A stretch of DNA of 55,789 bases, from IMG/VR virus record IMGVR_UViG_3300024259_000042, positions 1 through 55,789 of that record; one strand, given 5' to 3'. Below are positions 28,036 to 37,935 of this stretch, piece by piece. How positions within the stretch are numbered: the first letter of the stretch is position 1; each line of letters starts with the position of its first letter. The translations under genes and the position numbers were made by a program. The notes beneath the pieces are model-generated. The model did not search any database, had not been told where the DNA came from, and was given only the letters and a program-made list of their open reading frames with translations. This DNA is from a virus. Lineage: Duplodnaviria; Caudoviricetes.

Positions 28036-29457
28036 TTAATCCTCCAATTCCTTATCCATCATTTGTTTAACTATTTCATATTGAATGTCTCGCATGAAAT
28101 CAGTGAATCCTTTACCATAAAAGTTCAATCCACTCACATTAGTTATATCTTTATGACCACCTGATTGACTCATCACTAAATCCCATAAATTGATACTTAC
28201 CTTCTTCAGTATTGCCTTCTGTTTCTTTGATAAGTATTTATATGGTTTATTAGTTATATCTTCAATCATACCTTGCCACTTATCACTACCATCAAGTCCT
28301 TTCAGTTTACCCTTAAATAATGCAAGGAGATCCTTGAAGGTAAATCCCATTGAATCCTTATCAAAAGACTTATCATTCTCAAAGGTCCACTTGATGTAAT
28401 CCAGTGTTACATTAATTTTCTTCATCTTACCTTTGAATTTAGGCATAACTTTCTTCATTACTATATCACCTAAATGGTAGGGGTTCTTACCTTTAAAGGG
28501 ATTTTTACTTAATTGAACTAAACCCATAGGCCAAACTATTGTATAGAAGTCGGAAGTTGGATGGTTTTTAAATGGTGTATATCTATCATAAAGATTTCCT
28601 CTACCCATTGCTCCTCCACCATATTGAACAATAGTGGTACCTATAAGAGTTGAAGAACCACTTTTTAATTTATATACATCCTTGGGTCCTCCTTGCTTTA
28701 ATATCTTACCTTTGACTTGTTCAGTATATTTTCCTTGTTCTATCTCTAATTGTTCTGGTGGTCTATAACCAGACTTTTCAGCCAATTTAATAGTTGTATT
28801 ATATATAGACATTAAAGAAGGCTTTGCTTGCATTACTAATTGTTCAAGGAAACCTTTTTTATTCTTATGTGCTAATACTAACTTATTGGTGGCAAACCCC
28901 ATCATTTGATGATTAACCTTACCACTCTTCCTCTTATCAACCTTGAATACAGCCCTCATTATATCATCAGGTGTTAAGCCTTGTGAACCAAAATCAGCGG
29001 AATCAACTGTTGATATAATCTTAGCATCCTTTGGAGGAAATAGGTCGGAGGGTGATAATACTTGTGATATATAAGCAGCATTGGATGGTGTCTTAACGAA
29101 TGAGGTTGAGGTACCTTTTTCAACACCTATCTGACCTTCATGGTGATCAGTATGAATATTCATTACTGGCTTCCCGTGTGCGAAATCAACCAATACAGCT
29201 AAAACTTTATTTTTAGGCTTGGGTACAGCATACTCTTCACCACCATATTGTATGGGATGAGCTGCAATGGTCTTAATACCATAATTTCTTAGATAGGTTT
29301 TCATACCTATAGCAGAGGTTATGCCATCAAGGTCTTTGTGGAAATAGATTTCAGCCTTTTTATATTCTTTAGCTAACTTAGTTATATTGCGGAGACCTGA
29401 CTCATCAAGTCTATGCTCTATTGCTTCTATTTCATTAATTTTATCTAAAATGTTCAT
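28036..29457 (-). CDS. DHH-family phosphoesterase
   Basis: FHKDLDG, LVDFAH, TDHH, C-terminal SGGH. Confidence 0.75.
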   Translation of the reverse strand: MNILDKINEIEAIEHRLDESGLRNITKLAKEYKKAEIYFHKDLDGITSAIGMKTYLRNYGIKTIAAHPIQYGGEEYAVPKPKNKVLAVLVDFAHGKPVMNIHTDHHEGQIGVEKGTSTSFVKTPSNAAYISQVLSPSDLFPPKDAKIISTVDSADFGSQGLTPDDIMRAVFKVDKRKSGKVNHQMMGFATNKLVLAHKNKKGFLEQLVMQAKPSLMSIYNTTIKLAEKSGYRPPEQLEIEQGKYTEQVKGKILKQGGPKDVYKLKSGSSTLIGTTIVQYGGGAMGRGNLYDRYTPFKNHPTSDFYTIVWPMGLVQLSKNPFKGKNPYHLGDIVMKKVMPKFKGKMKKINVTLDYIKWTFENDKSFDKDSMGFTFKDLLALFKGKLKGLDGSDKWQGMIEDITNKPYKYLSKKQKAILKKVSINLWDLVMSQSGGHKDITNVSGLNFYGKGFTDFMRDIQYEIVKQMMDKELED

Positions 29458-29458
29458 A

Positions 29459-29704
29459 TTACCTCTTCTGTTTCATAAATTTTGTTAATTCAGTTTCAAT
29501 ATTATATACTGCTGCTTCGGCATTTAAAATGGCTTGATCCAATTTATATGATATTTTTTTATCTTCAGATTTAATGTATGATTGTATTGACTTTTTAAAC
29601 TTATCAATCTCCATTATTAAATTGACTTTTGTCCAATGGAAATTCTTTAAGACATTGACTATTACCTCATCTAAATGTTTATCTATTTTCTCTTCAATTC
29701 GCAT
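29459..29704 (-). CDS. Small protein with tag variant
   Basis: MRIEEKIDKHLDE. Confidence 0.6.
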   Translation of the reverse strand: MRIEEKIDKHLDEVIVNVLKNFHWTKVNLIMEIDKFKKSIQSYIKSEDKKISYKLDQAILNAEAAVYNIETELTKFMKQKR

Positions 29705-29705
29705 G

Positions 29706-30209
29706 TTAATCCTCCAAGGTCATTCCAAACTTTGATTTAGGTTTAACTTTAACAACCTTCTTAGGTTCTTCTTTGACTGTAGTTTCCAATATATTCTTAA
29801 CTGATATAGACATCTTTTCCTTTTCTTCTATTGTAGTTGTTTCAGTAACAGTAGCTTCCACCGCAACAGGTACTTCAACATTAATAGTATCTTCCCAAGG
29901 AACCATATAAGTATCACCAGCAATAATCTCTAATTTAGCTTTCAATACACTACCATCCATTAGTTCTTTTTTAATGAATTCATCCAAAGGTGGTATTACA
30001 GCCTCTACAGTATTATCTGTATTAATCTTAACTGGTAAACCATATTCGATATTATTAACAGTAGCAATGGATTTCACTTCTGCTTCTGACATATTTGCTT
30101 GAAAAGGTCTAATCTTCAATTTACCTTTCAATTCTGCTAGATCAGTACCAGCAATTGCTATATCAAACTTAATAGATTTTTTTTCATTGGTACTCATTTT
30201 TAAAGCCAT
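29706..30209 (-). CDS. Hypothetical, probably virion-associated protein
   Basis: AGGAG SD; beta-rich; downstream of a late promoter. Confidence 0.6.
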   Translation of the reverse strand: MALKMSTNEKKSIKFDIAIAGTDLAELKGKLKIRPFQANMSEAEVKSIATVNNIEYGLPVKINTDNTVEAVIPPLDEFIKKELMDGSVLKAKLEIIAGDTYMVPWEDTINVEVPVAVEATVTETTTIEEKEKMSISVKNILETTVKEEPKKVVKVKPKSKFGMTLED

Positions 30210-30210
30210 A

Positions 30211-30417
30211 TTATTTCTCCTGTATTCCTATTACTGTAACTCGTTTAGGCCCCACGTTATGATATTTAACTCTTGATACTGTTATTAAAGGTTTTCTAGG
30301 TTGCACTTGTGTAAATCCACCACCCGCAGCACCGCCTACAATAGTGGTTGTATCACCACTAGAACTTCCTGATGGTCCACAAAACTTCCCTCCTGTGGCT
30401 ATACATATACTCCCCAT
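30211..30417 (-). CDS. Small Gly-rich protein
   Basis: Follows TATAAATA and AAGGA. Confidence 0.55.
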   Translation of the reverse strand: MGSICIATGGKFCGPSGSSSGDTTTIVGGAAGGGFTQVQPRKPLITVSRVKYHNVGPKRVTVIGIQEK

Positions 30418-30430
30418 AAAATTATATCCT

Positions 30431-30438
30431 TATTTATA
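30431..30438 (-). promoter_or_regulatory. T4-type late promoter
   Basis: Intergenic TATAAATA on the minus strand. Confidence 0.6.
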
Positions 30439-30442
30439 TATT

Positions 30443-31024
30443 TTAATCGGCTATAACAATTCTTATACTAACTGTATCAACTGGCATCCAAACCCTTAAA
30501 AGTGTTGAACTTACAGCACTTACTTGATATGGTAAGATAGCTTCATTATTATCATTATCATAACATTGATAATGGACGAATTGAGTTCCTATGGATGCTG
30601 TATTAACATCTCCATAATATAGTTCACTACCTGAAGCAGACCAAGAATTTACAACAGTTGAAAGACCTACAAATGATGTTCCTGAACTTCCAGAGGTTCC
30701 ACTGCTTCCTGAAGTTCCAGAGGTTCCTGATGTCCCGGAACTTCCTGATGTTCCACTGGTTCCAGAAGTTCCGCTTGTACCTGAACTTCCTGAACTACCA
30801 GAGGTTCCTGTTGTACCAGATGTTCCTGAAGTACCGGAGGTTCCACTGCTTCCTGAACTACCAGAACTACCCGATGTCCCGGAACTTCCAGAGGTTCCCG
30901 AACCCGCACCCTCAATAGTAACATTAGATATAGTATAACCGCCAAAATCAACATTATCATCAATCTCTATATCGGATATCCTATCAACTACCCTGCCTGT
31001 TGTCATGATGCCACCTGTTGCCAA
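30443..31024 (-). CDS. Short fibre-like protein with (G-T/S-S)25 triplet repeat
   Basis: 25 Gly-X-Y triplets at 30674-30898. Confidence 0.7.
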   Translation of the reverse strand: MATGGIMTTGRVVDRISDIEIDDNVDFGGYTISNVTIEGAGSGTSGSSGTSGSSGSSGSSGTSGTSGTSGTTGTSGSSGSSGTSGTSGTSGTSGSSGTSGTSGTSGSSGTSGSSGTSFVGLSTVVNSWSASGSELYYGDVNTASIGTQFVHYQCYDNDNNEAILPYQVSAVSSTLLRVWMPVDTVSIRIVIAD

Positions 31025-32199
31025 GAACTAAACTTACCGGCACCATCTCCAGCAGAAGTTATAGTATATGTACTAATAACATCATCTGTTGTTCCCACAC
31101 TTGCAGCAGCAGAATATATCCTTACCCTCAGAGATGTCAAATTATCATCACTATCATATCCAGGGTTGTCCATATAAATGTTCTCATGTACTAATCCTAA
31201 TATCTTTTCAACATCTGTGTTAATATCAGTTATGAACTTGAACGCATTACCATTAAAATCTTCACTAGCCCATGCCCTATTATCATCTCCTGTATCCCAC
31301 AATATGGAACCATGCCAATCATCATCAAATGTTATATTAGCACCATAACATCCACCACTTGTTCCTATCGTATATACACCTGTTTCTGTTCTTGCTCTAT
31401 ATTCCCCACCATCAGCATTAAGTAATGTATAACCAACTGTTGATAAACTAGACTTACCATTACCAAAATTAACAGTCCTTACTAAAGCACCAGATGTTGT
31501 GGTTGTTTCTGTACTTGCCGTTACGGAAGAACTATATATACTTGATAATAACCATCCTGTAGATAGTTCAGTATCATGGTCACTTGCTATTTCATCCCAG
31601 ACATCATCAGTTATTTCCGCAGAAGTAGGTAAACCACTTACATCTGCTTTATATTGATCAGGATTGTCAAGGTCTGCTTGTATTGTATTTAACCTTGTGT
31701 TATATTCACCACTTGGAGCAAGACTTGATACATCTGCTTTATATTGATCAGGATTATCTAAATCTGCTTGAACAGTTACTACTTGAGCAGATGTAGCTAA
31801 TGTGGTTGTATCTGCTTTATACTGGTCAGGATTATCAAGGTCTGTTTGTATTGCATCAATCTTAGCTTCTTGCGCAGCAGTCAATCCACTACCTGAAGAA
31901 GCATCTGTGGATACTGAAAAATCTTCAATTAAATTAGTAGCAAACAGGTCAGTATCACTTATATTCCACTTTAATACATAATTACCAATACTTTGATCTG
32001 TCCAATCAGTACTTACATCCAATTCATCATAATAACAATTGAAAGTATCATTCCAAGTGGCTGTTTGTGCTGATACAGAACAAGTTGTTAGGTCGGATTC
32101 ATATATGTCATATGTAACTGTAGCATCTTCATCATATGTATTATCGGACTTAATAAGTTGGATCGAAATTGGTATGTTTTTACCTTTAATAAATTGCAT
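31003..32199 (-). CDS. Probable virion structural protein with three DLDNPDQYKAD repeats
   Basis: Acidic, Ser/Thr-rich; AEITDDVWDE motif; repeats at about 31640-31850. Confidence 0.65.
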   Translation of the reverse strand: MQFIKGKNIPISIQLIKSDNTYDEDATVTYDIYESDLTTCSVSAQTATWNDTFNCYYDELDVSTDWTDQSIGNYVLKWNISDTDLFATNLIEDFSVSTDASSGSGLTAAQEAKIDAIQTDLDNPDQYKADTTTLATSAQVVTVQADLDNPDQYKADVSSLAPSGEYNTRLNTIQADLDNPDQYKADVSGLPTSAEITDDVWDEIASDHDTELSTGWLLSSIYSSSVTASTETTTTSGALVRTVNFGNGKSSLSTVGYTLLNADGGEYRARTETGVYTIGTSGGCYGANITFDDDWHGSILWDTGDDNRAWASEDFNGNAFKFITDINTDVEKILGLVHENIYMDNPGYDSDDNLTSLRVRIYSAAASVGTTDDVISTYTITSAGDGAGKFSSWQQVAS

Positions 32200-32209
32200 T
32201 GATTATTCC

Positions 32210-33001
32210 CTATTCTATACAAATATTTAATTGGTTATATTGGCATCCATCTTTTTGGTGCACTTTTTTATGACAATCTATGCAAAGTGTGATACAATTA
32301 TCAATATCTGTTGATTCTAATGGATTGGTCGAAACTGGATAAATGTGGTGACAATGTAAAGGCTCTTCCGAACCACATTTAACACATTTATATCCATCCC
32401 TTTCCAACACCAATTTCCTTAATTCTGATTGTACTTCTCTTGTTAGTTCTAGCCAAGGTAATCTTCCTGCTCTTATTGCATCTTCCTTTATAAGTGTTTC
32501 GGGTGTTTTACCAAATATTGAGCAAGAGTTTTTACATTTCTTGGAACAATAAAAATGAGATTCACTATTATAATTACCTTTGATATGTTGTATTCTACCA
32601 TTTACATTATTCAAAGAAGGAATATACCATTCATTACATTTGAAACATTTTACTTCAAGTATATTTGAGTCCTGTTCACTTCTTCTAACTTCTTCTGTCC
32701 ATTCTATTTGGTGTGCAAATGTATTATACATTGGAATATCTTTCTTATTATAACCACCTTTCCATTGAGGATGATTTTTTCCTATAGTTTTTCCTTTACG
32801 ACCAATACTCATCTTTTCTTTTGATTTATCTGTATGTTTGACTATAACTACATTATGTCCTCTAATATATACATTCCACTTATTTTTATGTTTATTCCAT
32901 TTAACATATTCACCACAACCACAATTACATAGTAGTTGATGTTTTTTCAATTCATTAATTTCTTCTTTTGTTCTTCTATTCCTTTTTTGTATGAATTGCA
33001 T
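32210..33001 (-). CDS. HNH homing endonuclease, paralogue of 5716-6639
   Basis: CNCGCGE, HTDKSKEKMS; shared WTEEVRR, EVKCFKC, IRAGRL.WLEL.RE, CHHI, DNCITLC. Confidence 0.85.
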   Translation of the reverse strand: MQFIQKRNRRTKEEINELKKHQLLCNCGCGEYVKWNKHKNKWNVYIRGHNVVIVKHTDKSKEKMSIGRKGKTIGKNHPQWKGGYNKKDIPMYNTFAHQIEWTEEVRRSEQDSNILEVKCFKCNEWYIPSLNNVNGRIQHIKGNYNSESHFYCSKKCKNSCSIFGKTPETLIKEDAIRAGRLPWLELTREVQSELRKLVLERDGYKCVKCGSEEPLHCHHIYPVSTNPLESTDIDNCITLCIDCHKKVHQKDGCQYNQLNICIE

Positions 33002-33026
33002 TTAAATTTCCTTTATATTAATGTAG

Positions 33027-34139
33027 TCAGTTTAAACTTCCATTTCTATATTCTAATTTACATCCTGCTGATATTCTTAATCTCAATAATCCACTCAAAT
33101 TATCAGTTACTAAAAAACTTATCTCATCTTCATCTTCACCTTTTAATAATAAAGGTTCTGTATGAACAGCTTCTAATGTAACCCATGTGTTTGTACCATC
33201 ACTACCACTACCTGTTATGCTTGTATTAGGTAATTGTAAAAAATCTAACAAATTTAAAATATTAACACTAAAAATAGTTTTATTACTTATCACTCTTCTA
33301 TAAATAATACCAGAGGTCAATGAAACATCAAGAAAACTATCATAAGGTATTTTTGGCATTGAAGCATTTCCTAATGTGCTGTCATAAGCATCCGCAAAAG
33401 ATATGGTATATGAATAAATATGAAGCCATGTACCGAGATTAGGTTGTATAGAGAATTTAATAGGTGTTCCTGTTTGTTCTAATTGAATAGTATCTAAATA
33501 GAATTTAGGAGATTTAGCTTCAGCGGCAATTATTCGTATTCTAAAGGCATCAAGTATTGTACTTGCGTATAAGTCACCAAAATCTGTTAATGGTATAAGT
33601 ATTTGATGCCATGTGTCAAATGTATTCCAAGAGAAATAATCTTGTAAATATGCAGTAGTTCCGACTTGAGTATTAGTATCAGTATCCCAACCATAAATTG
33701 ATATACTATCACCATTTTTCCAATCCTTATCAACATTTATCCACATAGTCAAACTTACATAATTACTACAATTTACATCACTACCTTTAGCTAATTGAAA
33801 TACATCATTTACAGGAGAATTATCAACCTTGATACTTTGATCATCTTCATAACTTCGATCACTACTATTGAAAGTAGTTTTGCCACCACCAACAATATCA
33901 GATGCAGTCCATAAACTTGAATCTATTCCATCATGAATCTTATCCGGTGTACCTCCGGCAGCAGCATTTTGATTCATATCAGTACCATATACATCACTTG
34001 TAAAGAATTTAATCTCATTTTTATATGATTTCAATGGTCTGGTAGCTACTACTAATCCATGAGGTTCATGATCGGTTGAACCATGATCAACAACGGCTCC
34101 AATTCCAGTTGATGGATCAATTATATGTGATTTTATCAT
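33027..34139 (-). CDS. Probable structural protein with beta-sandwich insert
   Basis: N-terminus loosely related to the three upstream paralogues; Trp/Thr/Ser-rich. Confidence 0.6.
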   Translation of the reverse strand: MIKSHIIDPSTGIGAVVDHGSTDHEPHGLVVATRPLKSYKNEIKFFTSDVYGTDMNQNAAAGGTPDKIHDGIDSSLWTASDIVGGGKTTFNSSDRSYEDDQSIKVDNSPVNDVFQLAKGSDVNCSNYVSLTMWINVDKDWKNGDSISIYGWDTDTNTQVGTTAYLQDYFSWNTFDTWHQILIPLTDFGDLYASTILDAFRIRIIAAEAKSPKFYLDTIQLEQTGTPIKFSIQPNLGTWLHIYSYTISFADAYDSTLGNASMPKIPYDSFLDVSLTSGIIYRRVISNKTIFSVNILNLLDFLQLPNTSITGSGSDGTNTWVTLEAVHTEPLLLKGEDEDEISFLVTDNLSGLLRLRISAGCKLEYRNGSLN

Positions 34140-34141
34140 TA

Positions 34142-34696
34142 TTAAATCAACCTATGAAATGAGATTCCCATTCCTATCATAACAGCAATACCACCTGTAG
34201 TTACATAACCTGTAATAGTTTTATTTTTAGGAATTATGAAACCTGATAATGGTGCAATTCTAACACTTGTATCACCGCCATTCAAATACATAGACATAAC
34301 TGCACTACCACCAGCAAGTCCTGTAATATCAACACCATACAATGCAGTTACATCAGCTTCATTACCACTTCCAGCATTTCTATTTACAGGTGTTCCAGTT
34401 GATCCACCTATAGGAGTTCCAGTATCACCTAACTTAAAAGTAATGGTTTCATTTGTTGCTGCTCTCAACATAAATTCAGACACTATCATATCAACATCAT
34501 TATTATTTTTCAAATATAAGAAACAATCACCTGCGCCAGTAGGAGTCACTGATACTCCATAACTATATGATTGTCCATTATGATGATTAATCTCATGTTC
34601 TCTTGTTTGCATTGTTGAAGCTACTAATAATCTATTTTCACTATCAACAGCAGCAGCATAACCATTACCTGATCCACCCTCTATTTGTATTCCCAT
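34142..34696 (-). CDS. Probable structural protein, tandem paralogue family
   Basis: IEGGSGNGYAAAVDSENRL; LYLKNN; PVNRNAGS; IIPKN. Confidence 0.65.
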   Translation of the reverse strand: MGIQIEGGSGNGYAAAVDSENRLLVASTMQTREHEINHHNGQSYSYGVSVTPTGAGDCFLYLKNNNDVDMIVSEFMLRAATNETITFKLGDTGTPIGGSTGTPVNRNAGSGNEADVTALYGVDITGLAGGSAVMSMYLNGGDTSVRIAPLSGFIIPKNKTITGYVTTGGIAVMIGMGISFHRLI

Positions 34697-34699
34697 AAT

Positions 34700-35281
34700 T
34701 TAACTCCCTATTATAAATGATATTCTTGCATATATTGTTCCACCTGTTCTATCTCCAACATATGATACTTCCATTGTTTGATTAGGTGGTATAATAAGTG
34801 CACCTTCTTTATTAAATGTATTCATATCACCATCTGATTTGGTATACCATCTATCAATTTCTTGTGCTGTTCCTGCTAATGTTGGTCCACTTTGATATGC
34901 TGTTACTTCTGCTGTATTACCACTTCCCCCGAAAACATTTACAGGTGTTGCTGTACTTCCACCACTTGCATATGTTCTAGTCAATCCAACAGTGAAATAA
35001 TTAGATGTATTAGGAAAACTTGTTCCACCAGTAGCACCAACAACTTGATGTCTCAAATATGTAATTACCATGTTACTATTTGATGATGTATTTTTCATAT
35101 GTAATACAGTAACAGTACCAGAACTTAATGTAGCTGTACCTATAATTTGATATGCTTGTTCTTCATGTTCACTGACAACATGTTGAATTGATGCACTTTT
35201 TGAATATGTTCGTAAACGATTGTCACTATCAACCTTTGCTTTGTATCCTTTACCTTTTCCATCTAATATCATATCTGGCAT
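34700..35281 (-). CDS. Probable structural protein, tandem paralogue family
   Basis: MPDMILDGKGKGYKAKVDSDNRL; LHMKNT; PVN; IIPPN. Confidence 0.65.
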   Translation of the reverse strand: MPDMILDGKGKGYKAKVDSDNRLRTYSKSASIQHVVSEHEEQAYQIIGTATLSSGTVTVLHMKNTSSNSNMVITYLRHQVVGATGGTSFPNTSNYFTVGLTRTYASGGSTATPVNVFGGSGNTAEVTAYQSGPTLAGTAQEIDRWYTKSDGDMNTFNKEGALIIPPNQTMEVSYVGDRTGGTIYARISFIIGS

Positions 35282-35295
35282 TATATACTATCTCC

Positions 35296-35874
35296 CTATA
35301 CTAATTCGGCATTAAAGTAATAAAATGCTATATTTATTGAGACAATCATACTTGTATTACCAGTTGGTGCAGCAATAGTTATAGCATGATTACCATTTGC
35401 AGGAAGAACCATTTTACCTTCCTCTAAAGCAGCAGAAGTTTTATCAGTAACATAGGCAGTCCACCATTCGGTTCCTGAAATAGATGTTAAACTTTTCTTA
35501 AATGTACCTTCAGCAGTTTGTGCTGATCCATAATATGTACAATTTGGTACAATATCTGTTCCACCTGTTATTGTGCAATCTTTGTAATATCGTAAGATTC
35601 CATCTGCGCCTGAACCATCAGTAGATGTCCATAAATCATAAAACACTCTATCAATCACTAATACTTTATCAGAATTAGTATTTTTGATATAGATGATACC
35701 AGTTTCAACTGCATCAGTTAAGGTTATTCTACCTGTAGTTGCTTCAAAATAATTTTCATCTAATGCACTTTTCATTCTTTGTTCAACTGAAACGGCTCTT
35801 GTTACTAACTGTCCATCAGTATTTACATGAGCAAGATTGCTAGTACCACGCCCATCCTTTATCATATCTGGCAT
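35296..35874 (-). CDS. Probable structural protein, tandem paralogue family
   Basis: MPDMIKDGRGTSNLAHVNTDGQL; IYIKNT; VLPAN. Confidence 0.65.
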   Translation of the reverse strand: MPDMIKDGRGTSNLAHVNTDGQLVTRAVSVEQRMKSALDENYFEATTGRITLTDAVETGIIYIKNTNSDKVLVIDRVFYDLWTSTDGSGADGILRYYKDCTITGGTDIVPNCTYYGSAQTAEGTFKKSLTSISGTEWWTAYVTDKTSAALEEGKMVLPANGNHAITIAAPTGNTSMIVSINIAFYYFNAELV

Positions 35875-36050
35875 TATACTTCTACCTCCGTATTCTCTAT
35901 AACAGTATCAGTCATTATCATATTATGAAGGTTAGCTTTTTTCAATTCCTTCAACATATCAGTAAGCAATGCTTGTGTATCCCAATCACTTACAATAGCT
36001 TCTTGTTGTCCTCCATCTGTTACAGTTGGTATGTTACTATAAACTATCAT
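35874..36050 (-). CDS. 58-aa protein missed by the ORF track (MIVYSNIPTV...LKELKKANLH...EVEV)
   Basis: Fills the gap exactly with ATGA and TAATG overlaps; AAGGA SD. Confidence 0.6.
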   Translation of the reverse strand: MIVYSNIPTVTDGGQQEAIVSDWDTQALLTDMLKELKKANLHNMIMTDTVIENTEVEV

Positions 36051-36436
36051 TTTTTTATCCTTATAGCATTTATACTATTTTTAACAATAACCAAATCATC
36101 ATTTAATCTATTTATTTTATATTTTGTTTTTATATCAGTTGGACAACCTGTTAATTTTTCTTCTAACATCCATAAATATTGTTCTAAGGATAATTTTCTA
36201 ACATCTAATATTTCTAATCTTGTTTTATCACCAGAATTATTTATTATACTTACTATAGAATTCTTTTCATATTGAAATTTACTTTCAGTAAGAAATATTT
36301 GCATTAAGTAATAGGTGGCTATAACACCAACCACAATAAAAATAAGTGCCATTAATGTCTTTTTATTAAATATATCATTTAAAGCACCCCACAATCCATT
36401 CACTTCTCTTTTATTAATAGTCATTGTATTATGCAT
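36047..36436 (-). CDS. Single-TM membrane protein
   Basis: Hydrophobic LMALIFIVVGVIATYYLM. Confidence 0.6.
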   Translation of the reverse strand: MHNTMTINKREVNGLWGALNDIFNKKTLMALIFIVVGVIATYYLMQIFLTESKFQYEKNSIVSIINNSGDKTRLEILDVRKLSLEQYLWMLEEKLTGCPTDIKTKYKINRLNDDLVIVKNSINAIRIKK

Positions 36437-37127
36437 TCCTTTTGTTACCTATTGCATCACCATATGATTTCGTTAAAGGTAATAATTTCTTTAATGGTAA
36501 ATCAATCATAAGTGCATTAACTTGAATACTAGGATCAATTAGCATGGCAGATAAGAACCTATGATGTCCATCTATGATATATTTATCTTTACTAATTATA
36601 AAGAAGGACTTATTTTTGATGAAATTCATACTACCTTTAACTCCATTCTCTATGGTTGAACCCATTGATTTATCAAAATATATTTGCTTCTGTATAGGCT
36701 TCAATTCATTAACCTTTACCTTAGTAATATTAACATCAATTTGATCATCTTTTATAGATCCATCCTTTAAGCCATTCTCTAAGAAGGATTGAGCTGATAA
36801 TCCACTCAACCCCTCTGGAAATGGATTCTTTACACTTGTTTCATCAGCAAATGGTTTATTGATGTCAATATTACCTTTCTTCAATCTTGCTTGTAGCTTA
36901 CGAACATCTTCAGTTTCAATTACAGGCATATCAACTCTTTTAGTCCATCCCTTTTTAGCTTTATCTTTGGCGGCTTCAAAATGTTCCTCAAATCCAGGAA
37001 TATCTGAAATATCAAAATTCTTTTTACTGGCAAAATCTAATGCCTGCTTGATATTCATCTTATGGATTTCCATCTTACCGGATTCTTCACCACCTGCCTC
37101 ATCTATGATATATTGTTGAAATCTCAT
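36429..37127 (-). CDS. Tagged ParB/Sulfiredoxin-like domain protein
   Basis: MRFQQYIIDE; LKPIQKQIY, IISKDKYIIDGHHR. Confidence 0.7.
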   Translation of the reverse strand: MRFQQYIIDEAGGEESGKMEIHKMNIKQALDFASKKNFDISDIPGFEEHFEAAKDKAKKGWTKRVDMPVIETEDVRKLQARLKKGNIDINKPFADETSVKNPFPEGLSGLSAQSFLENGLKDGSIKDDQIDVNITKVKVNELKPIQKQIYFDKSMGSTIENGVKGSMNFIKNKSFFIISKDKYIIDGHHRFLSAMLIDPSIQVNALMIDLPLKKLLPLTKSYGDAIGNKRNA

Positions 37128-37270
37128 TATCCGCAACCTCCCCCACAACCACCGCAACTACCTTTATCATCTTCACAATCGCAATCATCTTCAGTTATAA
37201 TAGTTTCTTCAGTTACAGTATATTCCCTTTCAATATCTTCTAATAGATCATTAATATCAGTCATTTTCAT
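37127..37270 (-). CDS. Small acidic peptide with Cys/Gly tail
   Basis: GAGG SD; ends DCDCEDDKGSCGGCGGGCG; TAATG overlap. Confidence 0.45.
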   Translation of the reverse strand: MKMTDINDLLEDIEREYTVTEETIITEDDCDCEDDKGSCGGCGGGCG

Positions 37271-37538
37271 TTTCTTCCACCTCCTCTTCATCATCCTCCA
37301 CATTCTTTTTCTTTTTTTTAGGTTTACCAATTAAATCAACTTCACCTTGTGCTTTATTAACAGCAATATCTCCTACACAAGTAGAATCACCTATAGTAAA
37401 TAATTCCAATTTTTTCATTAAATTATTTGTAGAAGATTCCTCCAATTGAAGAAGGATATTCTTATCAACCTTAGTATGCATCTTTGCTCTTTTAGTGAAT
37501 ATATTCTTTTTCATACTACCATGGCCCCCATGTCTCAT
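37257..37538 (-). CDS. Hypothetical protein
   Basis: ORF in operon; start uncertain. Confidence 0.45.
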   Translation of the reverse strand: MRHGGHGSMKKNIFTKRAKMHTKVDKNILLQLEESSTNNLMKKLELFTIGDSTCVGDIAVNKAQGEVDLIGKPKKKKKNVEDDEEEVEENEND

Positions 37539-37935
37539 TTAATGCTATAGATTTTCTTGCTTCTTCAAATTTAAATCGTTTCTTAACCTTTGGTAAATAT
37601 ACTTTATAGTATTCTTCTTTATCATAAAACATATCAAATACTGCTTCATATACTATTTTACCTTTTTCAGACCAAGCATGCTCATAATTACTACCTTCAT
37701 GTGGTCCTAATGGTGGATTTAATATACCATGACATAGTGACCATCCTTTGTTATATAATACAAACTCTCCAGATAGCATATAACATTCACCTTGTCTTTG
37801 TTTTAATGTATTTATATTAACACCTGATGGTTTCTTTAATGGTTTCATTGTAAGAGCCATCATTTTTCTTTGAAATAGATCCTGTCCCTCAGGTGGAAAC
37901 ATTTTCTTTAGGTCTTCCATTTCTTTTTTATTCAT
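37516..37935 (-). CDS. Hypothetical protein (Cys/His motifs)
   Basis: GECY...LCHG...EHAWSE...VYE pattern. Confidence 0.6.
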   Translation of the reverse strand: MNKKEMEDLKKMFPPEGQDLFQRKMMALTMKPLKKPSGVNINTLKQRQGECYMLSGEFVLYNKGWSLCHGILNPPLGPHEGSNYEHAWSEKGKIVYEAVFDMFYDKEEYYKVYLPKVKKRFKFEEARKSIALNETWGPW

